Source: Chloroflexota bacterium
Lineage (GTDB): Bacteria > Chloroflexota > Anaerolineae > Anaerolineales > UBA11858
NCBI GenBank assembly: GCA_043818215.1
Contig: JBDRGC010000023.1
Span: 1,976-65,975, forward strand
Direction of reading: 5' to 3'
DNA: 64,000 bases
This document shows positions 63,796 through 64,000 of this stretch, one piece after another. Position numbers and translations under genes: made by a program. The notes below the pieces were generated by a model that saw only the letters and a program-made list of their open reading frames with translations, did not search any database and was not told the DNA's origin. The stretch's first letter is position 1; each line of letters begins with the position of its first letter.

Positions 63796-64000
63796 GGTTT
63801 CGATGATTTCCGCATCCAAGCTCCCGTGTGACATATCTTTCAGAGCAGCTAGAAAATCTGGAAATTCTTCCACGGCGAGGCGGCAAGTGATGGTCACGTC
63901 GGTGGCGAAGTCTTCATCTAGTATTTTACCGTGATGGGCCGAAATTAGCAGACGAATACGCTCGAAAGATGAGTACGGCATGGCGATCATGACCGTGTGG
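63763..64000 (-). CDS. C-terminal part of an unidentified protein; the 5' end is probably beyond the window
   Basis: ORF-track Met at 63990, but the frame may continue upstream. The last residues (VMRDAVPEA) are repeat-encoded. Confidence 0.25.
   Translation of the reverse strand, partial: HTVMIAMPYSSFERIRLLISAHHGKILDEDFATDVTITCRLAVEEFPDFLAALKDMSHGSLDAEIIETNVMRDAVPEA

Noticed and set aside
1-64000. tRNA, rRNA, tmRNA or riboswitch candidates in the larger spacers (4520-4835, 14068-14496, 22602-22750, 23632-23995, 45939-46429, 47484-47646)
   Set aside because: I saw no acceptor/T-arm pattern (GTTCRANNC with a matching acceptor stem) and no conserved riboswitch cores. The spacers are explained by repeat families. 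A covariance-model scan would be needed to be certain.

Overview
This 64-kb chromosomal window is G+C-rich: hand-counted 60-nt lines mostly give about 55-68 %, with three visibly AT-richer patches. Gene content and the repeat flora suggest a filamentous Chloroflexota (Anaerolineae-like) genome, but that taxon call is inference only.

Gene order:
- A 3'-truncated LTD/OB-fold lipoprotein that resembles an extracellular nuclease.
- A small low-GC islet: an orphan beta-class DNA methyltransferase, a DUF433/DUF5615 pair and a solitary CopG-like antitoxin.
- A same-strand cluster on the minus strand: hicBA, then an RRE-like radical SAM/SPASM enzyme, a CDP-alcohol phosphatidyltransferase, an HtrB/PatA-like acyltransferase, a BrnT/BrnA fusion remnant and a Cys-less pseudo-radical-SAM paralogue.
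- A DUF2207-like membrane protein with a (Cys-Ala)n tail.
- pstS-pstC-pstA-pstB-[mazE remnant]-phoU, plus a second pstB transcribed divergently.
- An MFS transporter, a ConA-like protein and a cupin.
- A decayed transposase.
- A surface-protein gene of about 19 kb (about 6,360 codons) carrying TSP3, LamG, CARDB, LVIVD, Ig-like and P-domain modules. It is split into three ORFs.
- pdp, prs and an MFS transporter.
- fadR with an alkyl-DHAP-synthase-like flavoprotein, glpD and an FGGY kinase.
- A low-GC pair of secreted proteins.
- A heterodimeric ABC exporter operon interrupted by an HNH cassette.

I recognised no rRNA, tRNA or CRISPR.

The main unexplained signal is a dense population of 7-8-nt tandem arrays, similar to cyanobacterial STRR repeats. 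They are often arranged as long hairpins and nested with other palindromic elements.
- They fill almost every gene junction, including every spacer of the pst operon.
- They donate stop codons and terminal tails to ORFs.
- They occur three times inside the giant gene. The 12-unit array keeps the reading frame. The two arrays whose length is not a multiple of 3 coincide exactly with the two frame breaks.
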